A stretch of 52,246 nucleotides of DNA from Octopus bimaculoides (taxonomy: Eukaryota), in the NCBI RefSeq assembly GCF_001194135.2, contig NC_068994.1, positions 26,533,121-26,585,366 of the forward strand, written 5' to 3'. This document shows positions 46,621 through 52,246 of the stretch, in pieces. The notes beneath the pieces are model-generated. The model did not search any database. It was not told where the DNA came from and worked only from the letters and a program-made list of their open reading frames with translations. The stretch's first letter is position 1. The number at the start of each line of letters is the position of its first letter. The position numbers were made by a program, and so were the translations under genes.

Positions 46621-49194
46621 CGAGATGAAAGTACTTAGCTATGGCTTTAAGGATAATTTAAGATGTGTTATTTGCATAGAAGTCCATACAACAAAGTCCA
46701 AGTGCTTTGGTGGGTGTCTCATTTCCTTTTCTGTTGTGCTTTTGTTTAATTATGCCTGTTTTCTCATACACAATTCTACATAAATTGCAACTATTTTTGT
46801 AATAGGTCTTTGTAAAGTCTCCTCATCAATTACCCTTGTGGCAAATAATTAATTTAAACAATGACCTTCATCTAAGAAATATTCATTGTGGCCAACACAT
46901 TCTTGTTTTGGCTGTTATGATGGATGTTATGGTGACAGCAATAGAATATACTAATGTCACTACAGCTGAAAATAGAAATCACCACGGAAACCATTAATCA
47001 ATGCTGCAATCTCCCCCTCCTCTTCTTCCTCTGCCGCCACTGCTAGCTCATCCTCTTTCTCCTCCTCCCCTTCCTCCTATGAACAATTACTTTTCAATGA
47101 TATCTATCTATCTATCTCTCTCTCTCTCCTTCTCCATCTCTGTTTGAACAATTACATTTCAATAATCATACAGGTTCCTCTTCCCTTTATCTGTGATACA
47201 AATATATGTGTGTAATGCAATATGTGTATAACACAATGTGCATAACATCTGTATGTGAATAACAGTGTGTATAACATTTGTGTATGTATAACATCCACAT
47301 GTGCATAACACTGCGTGTTTATTTTTGTATAAATCTGGCTATCAATCCATCCAGCTGTCAATATATGTACTGTCAGTCTATCTATCAATACATGTCTATT
47401 TATATCTGTCTGTCTGTCTGTCTGCCTGTCTGTCAATCTGTCTATCTATCTATTTATCTATTCATCCATTCATCAATATCCCTAATCCATCCATCCATTT
47501 GTCCAGCCAACCATTTATACAATTATCTATTTATCTGTCTGTTAGAACATCTATTCACATGCATACATTTGTATTTATGCATGTGTATATGTACAGAGGC
47601 ATTTATATGGACATGTGCGCGTGTGCACACACACACATATTTAGACACATGTATATGCATATATGTCAAAATGTATGTGTGCACATACAAGAAAATACAC
47701 ATACAGACATGCGTACAGTGTATTTCCAGTGAAATAATTGTTGTGCTAATTAAAGTCACATGATAGATATGTAATGCATGGAAATATAAAGCAATAAAAA
47801 AAAGAGCAAAAAACCCCCCACAAAGCATAAAAAACAAAGCAAAAACAGGAAAAAAAATGCTGTATAAAAGGGTCTAGTGATATGATGTGGTGTAATAGAG
47901 GGAATAATTCAGTTGGTAAGATAGTGAAAGCAACTAATTACCATAAATCACAGTTTTGACAGAACCATTGTCTAATTCTGATTCTTTAAACTTTCTTCTA
48001 ACTATGATGAAACCAGTGTTTGTCTGTTTATCTGTCATGTCTCTCTTGGTGTGTCATTCTATCTCTCTGCCTGTTCATCTGATAGAGGCCATATAACATA
48101 AGAGAATGGATTTGATGCTGCCACAGGAGGCCATATAACTTCTAAAGAACAGTGGAGTCTGTTTCGGTTTCACTGAACACAAGAGCTGGTTTGCTGGTTG
48201 TTGTTGTTGTTGTTGAAGGTGGTGGCAGTAGTGGGGTGATGATGGGGTGCCTGTGTCTGTCATTCCTTCTGTTGATTTATGTGAAGTGGAACTTCAATAC
48301 CCTTAGGATAAAGTGTCCATTTTTATTGACACACACAGCTATGCCCATTAATAATAACAATGATGATGATAATGATAATAATAACTACAACAACAATAAT
48401 AAAATGATATTGGCAATCATAATAATAACAACAACAATAATATGAATAAAAACATGAAAGCCATATTATGGCACACAACATAGCATGCAGTCCTAAAATA
48501 GCCTTGTTAGGCACAGTCCACAACCTATGCAAGATATTTCCAATTCAGTAGCATAACTCAAACACTACACTCTCCACATATAACAGTTACTCTTACATTA
48601 ATGGTACCCAACACTATAACAACTTGCACAACTCATTCTATATAGTTGCCATACAGCCCATTCAATGCAATTACTGTCTGATACTAACACACATAACACT
48701 AAGCACACAGCACATATTCTACACAAACACAACCACCCCATAATATAACACAGCTTATACAACATATGTTCTGTACAATCACTATCTGGACACTAAAACA
48801 CAACTCATGATTCTCACTATTCATCCCAGTAATGCAAAACATGAAACACTACAACGAAATAAATCTCCGATTACTTATTCTCAACAAAATTGATGAAATT
48901 CTAAAGTAACATCAGGAACAATCAACACAAACACCACATTAAGCAACCCACCAAAGAAAATGCTGCACTAATCTCAACAGCAAAGATATGCATCTGGTGG
49001 TGCAGTAAGACATGCATGAACCAGTTGAAAATAACAATAATGACAGTAATGTTAATTATAATGATATATTATGATAAGAGGAATATTATCAGAAAATATC
49101 AGTTTTGTAAAAAGTAATTAGAGTAAATTTTTTAAAATCAGAAATTGAGATGCCAGTAAATGACAATGTGTTATTATTTAGTGAGAGAAAGTGG

Positions 49195-49385
49195 CAAGCT
49201 GGTAGTATTGTTAGTGACATTTTGTCTGTATTTATGTTCTGAGTTCAAAATTTCGCTGAGGTTGACTTTGCCTTTCATTCCTTTGAGGTCGATAAAATAA
49301 AGAACCAGTTGAGCAATGGATCGATATAATTGACTTACCTGCTCCTGTGAACTTGCTGCCTTTGTGCCAAAATTTGAAGCCATTA
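49195..49385 (+). mobile_element. SINE family B
   Basis: gttctgagttcaaaatttcgctgaggttgactttgcctttcattcc core. Confidence 0.8.
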
Positions 49386-49489
49386 TTTAGTGAGCAAAAA
49401 AAGAGCATTGATTAAGTTATTGACCCTTGTTTGCCCGAACCTTACAGTGTCAATATCATTAATATTTTACTTGAATTTCTGTAGGTTAT

Positions 49490-50450
49490 TGTCATTGTTG
49501 TTGTTCAGCCCAAGGTCAACTGTGATTCAGCTGACATACAAAAGAAGGTATTCCAGTTATAATCCTCCTGTATTTCTATGTGCTATAAATCCAGGGCCAT
49601 ACTTTCCCACATATCCTTTTTCAAGATGGTAAGGTGAGAGTTGAGGGATTTTCTGCTGCTGTTTACAGCAAGTCAAGAGGATGTGTGGAGGCACCCTTAA
49701 AATCTGTGAGAAATGTGAGAAATACAATTTGAATGTGGATAGAAAAAGAGTTGGGCAACAGGTTTATTGAAGGGTTTCAATGATGAGACACAGAAGGGGT
49801 GACAAATATGATAAAGGTATGTGAATTGAGTGGTAGATCAAAGAAGGTATCAGAGGAGTGCAAGCTGGTATCGAGGTGGTATAAAGGACAAGAAGAGGAA
49901 ACACCATATCTGTGAGCCTGTGGTTTTAGTGTGTTGGTCAGTAAATCTTTGCTAATTAATCATATGGCTTTTTGTAAGGGGAGAGGGGTGGTGTGATATC
50001 TAGGTTGTTTGTATGTGTAACAGCAGCACTGTTTCCTAATATATAGGAGTAGTACTGCTTTCCAGAGTTCCAGGAACTGAAATATTTTCAGGCCCTGATA
50101 CAGAATCCTAGTTTTTTTGTGGGGATGTCATATAAGATTATCAGTGATTGTGAGTCTATGCATCTGTGGTAAGTTTGAGAGTTTTAACTATGGTGTTCCT
50201 GTGAAAGGCTTTGAGGTTGCTTCCCTGATATGCAAGTGACTATTTTTTAATATAGTCTAATAAGAGAATAATGGATGATGTCCAGTGCTTTTTCAGGTTC
50301 TTTCAAGAAAACAGTAGGCAAGTAAGGCAGGAATTGAATTGGAGTTGAAATACTGGCAATAAAGTATGATCTACTTACAATATGTAAGGACCAGATAATG
50401 GTGTAAAACTGAGAGATCAGTTATGATCCACTCTACCCCTGAAATGATTA
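49490..50450 (-). mobile_element. Ancient RTE-like remnant (family 3) with (AAC)n tail
   Basis: EPEKALDIIH resembles DLEKAFDS.H; LKAFHRNT; 3' motif shared with ~19640 and ~33720. Confidence 0.4.
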
Positions 50451-50845
50451 TAGAGTTATCAGCACTAGAGAAGTGTTACTGAATTTGGAGCTTCATGTAC
50501 CTTGGGCTGTTTATTTGCAGTTTAAAGTGGCCAGGGTTCTCAAATGAGCAACTTTTATTGTACTGATACACTCCACATAGTACCTATGAAGTTTCTGATA
50601 GATAATTTATGACTGCCAGAATAATATTGAGGAATAGAGAGAAATAGGGAAAGAAAACAGAAAAAGAAGGAATATTGAGAAGAATAGATACTAGTAAAAA
50701 GGTAAAGAAAGAAGTAGATTAAAATAATAGGAGGAAAAAGACGAAGAGTATTAAGCAATCTGTTTTTAGTCAGCCTCACAATGTGTAACATTCCACATAT
50801 TTCATTATGATAGCTATTCATTATGTGTACGTTTGTGACCATATA

Positions 50846-50878
<33 letters not shown>

Positions 50879-51439
50879 NNNNNNNNNNNNNNNNNNNNNN
50901 NNNNNNNNNNNNNNNNNNNNNNNNNNNNNNNNNNNNNNNNNNNNNNNNNNNNNNNNNNNNNNNNNNNNNNNNNNNNNNNNNNNNNNNNNNNNNNNNNNNN
51001 NNNNNNNNNNNNNNNNNNNNNNNNNNNNNNNNNNNNNNNNNNNNNNNAGATAGATAGATAGATATATAGATTGATAGATAGTTATAAAAAGAGGGAGGGA
51101 GAGAGAGAGATATGGAAAGAGAGGCTGATAGATATAGAGTATAGAAGTTGATATAGTTAAGATAAAAGGCATGAAAATAGAAAATCCAAAGGTTGCTAAA
51201 CAAGTTAGACACAAAAGGCTATAAAAAAAAATGGTAATCTTCTTAACTGAAACCTGTTTTACAGAATCGAGATAAAACAAGTTTCAAGAATCTTTATTTT
51301 TTCCAGTAGTTCCTATAGTATCATTGATTTTCAAGCTGTTTCAATATAATTTAGGACATGATTTGCTGCTCCAGTCTCTTGTTCAGTGAGTTGAGTTGAT
51401 GTTTTCAAATGCTTTTGGTAGTATCAAACATTTTCAACT

Positions 51440-51795
51440 CTTTTATTTGTTTCAGTCATTTGACTGCAGCCATGCTGGAGCACCACCTTTAGTTGAACAA
51501 ATCAATCCCAGGACTTATTCTTTGTAAGCTTAGTACTTATTCTATTGGTCTCTTTTGCTGAAGTGCTAAGTTACAGGCATGTAAACACATCAGCATTGGT
51601 TGTCAAGCGATGGTGAGGGGACAAGCACACGCACACACACACATATATATATATATGACAGGCTTCTTTCAGTTCCCATCTACCAAATTTACTAACAAGG
51701 CTTTGGTCAGCCTGAGGCTATAGTAGAAGACACTTACCCAAGGTGCCATGCTGTGGGACTGAACCCAGGACCATGTGGTTGGTAAGCAAGCTACT
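51440..51795 (-). mobile_element. SINE family A, near full length
   Basis: Aligns end to end with 15586-15975. Confidence 0.88.
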
Positions 51796-51904
51796 TTATT
51801 TCATTTCAATTTGCCATAAAGGCAGTACACTGAGAGTAGCTACGGGCTAGACAAAAACATTAATGAGATGAAATGGATGATAAATATGATGGTATAAAGA
51901 GTGA

Positions 51905-52246
51905 AGGCAAAAGCCGCCCGCCGAACTTTGCTTCTCTATAAAACTGTTCTTTTTAAAATTAAATTTTCACATTGAGGCTATGAACCTCGTACATATAAAG
52001 TCATAAATTAAGGCATTTGCCTCTTACGATTTTTCATTACACAATATGAGGCACTCGTCCTCTTAGGTTTTTTCACCCGATATAGCCTTCGCTTCTCTCA
52101 AGCAAAACAATGGGTCTGGGTCGGGCCACTTTGCAATACTGAATTCGTCGCGGGGGAAGGAATTCACCACCGTACTTATGTGACTACCCGACACGACCTC
52201 CGCAGTCACCTGCGGAGGCCAGTCCGGATCCTTAGTACAGGTGAGG
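51905..52246 (+). promoter_or_regulatory. CpG-rich promoter/first-exon-like segment ending at a putative splice donor
   Basis: gccgcccgcc (51913-51922), TATAAAA (51937-51943), many CpGs, tacag|GTGAGG at 52240/52241. Confidence 0.4.

Larger units (their letters stand above)
1051..51047. other. Eight assembly gaps: 1051-1203, 2700-2874, 11221-11583, 21380-21530, 26856-26930, 32512-32871, 39521-39724, 50879-51047
   Basis: N runs, each with a microsatellite such as (TA)n, (TTC)n or (TAA)n on at least one side. Confidence 0.98.

Noticed and set aside
995-51280. Most ORF-track entries (YIYI, CVCV, THTH, poly-S/F/R, poly-N/I, and X-containing ORFs)
   Set aside because: They are translations of microsatellites or N-gaps, not genes.
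52100-52246. HDV-like ribozyme, snRNA, 7SK, RNase P/MRP or telomerase RNA
   Set aside because: No P3/L3/P1.1 arrangement or family-diagnostic motif found on either strand by eye.

Overview
AT-rich, microsatellite-dense animal genomic DNA with 8 N-gaps. The SINE/LINE repertoire suggests Octopus; this is recognition from memory, not a database result. I find no intact host gene, only two weak candidate exons and a CpG-rich promoter/first-exon-like segment at the right edge. The window is a retroelement graveyard: a decayed Gypsy element (4.6-8.9 kb) plus a solo LTR, RTE LINE fragments (two families carry a PHD-type finger inside the RT), three R4/Dong-like RLE LINE fragments, at least four Penelope-like element (PLE) GIY-YIG/3'-end fragments, many copies of two tRNA-headed SINEs, and one hAT MITE. 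The main signal that the ORF track misses is a set of six type I hammerhead ribozyme motifs (two with intact cores, four decayed mostly by CpG transitions), all at PLE or PLE-like repeat ends. The best lead is a young 511-bp PLE insertion (40992-41502; 12-bp TSD; 46-bp terminal inversion). Its 3' end reads GIY-YIG stop, then a tRNA-Arg-like Pol III promoter cassette, a (TAA)n spacer, an intact hammerhead and a tail, which suggests a Pol III/ribozyme module built into a Penelope element. All alignments and folds were done by eye, and remnant coordinates are approximate.
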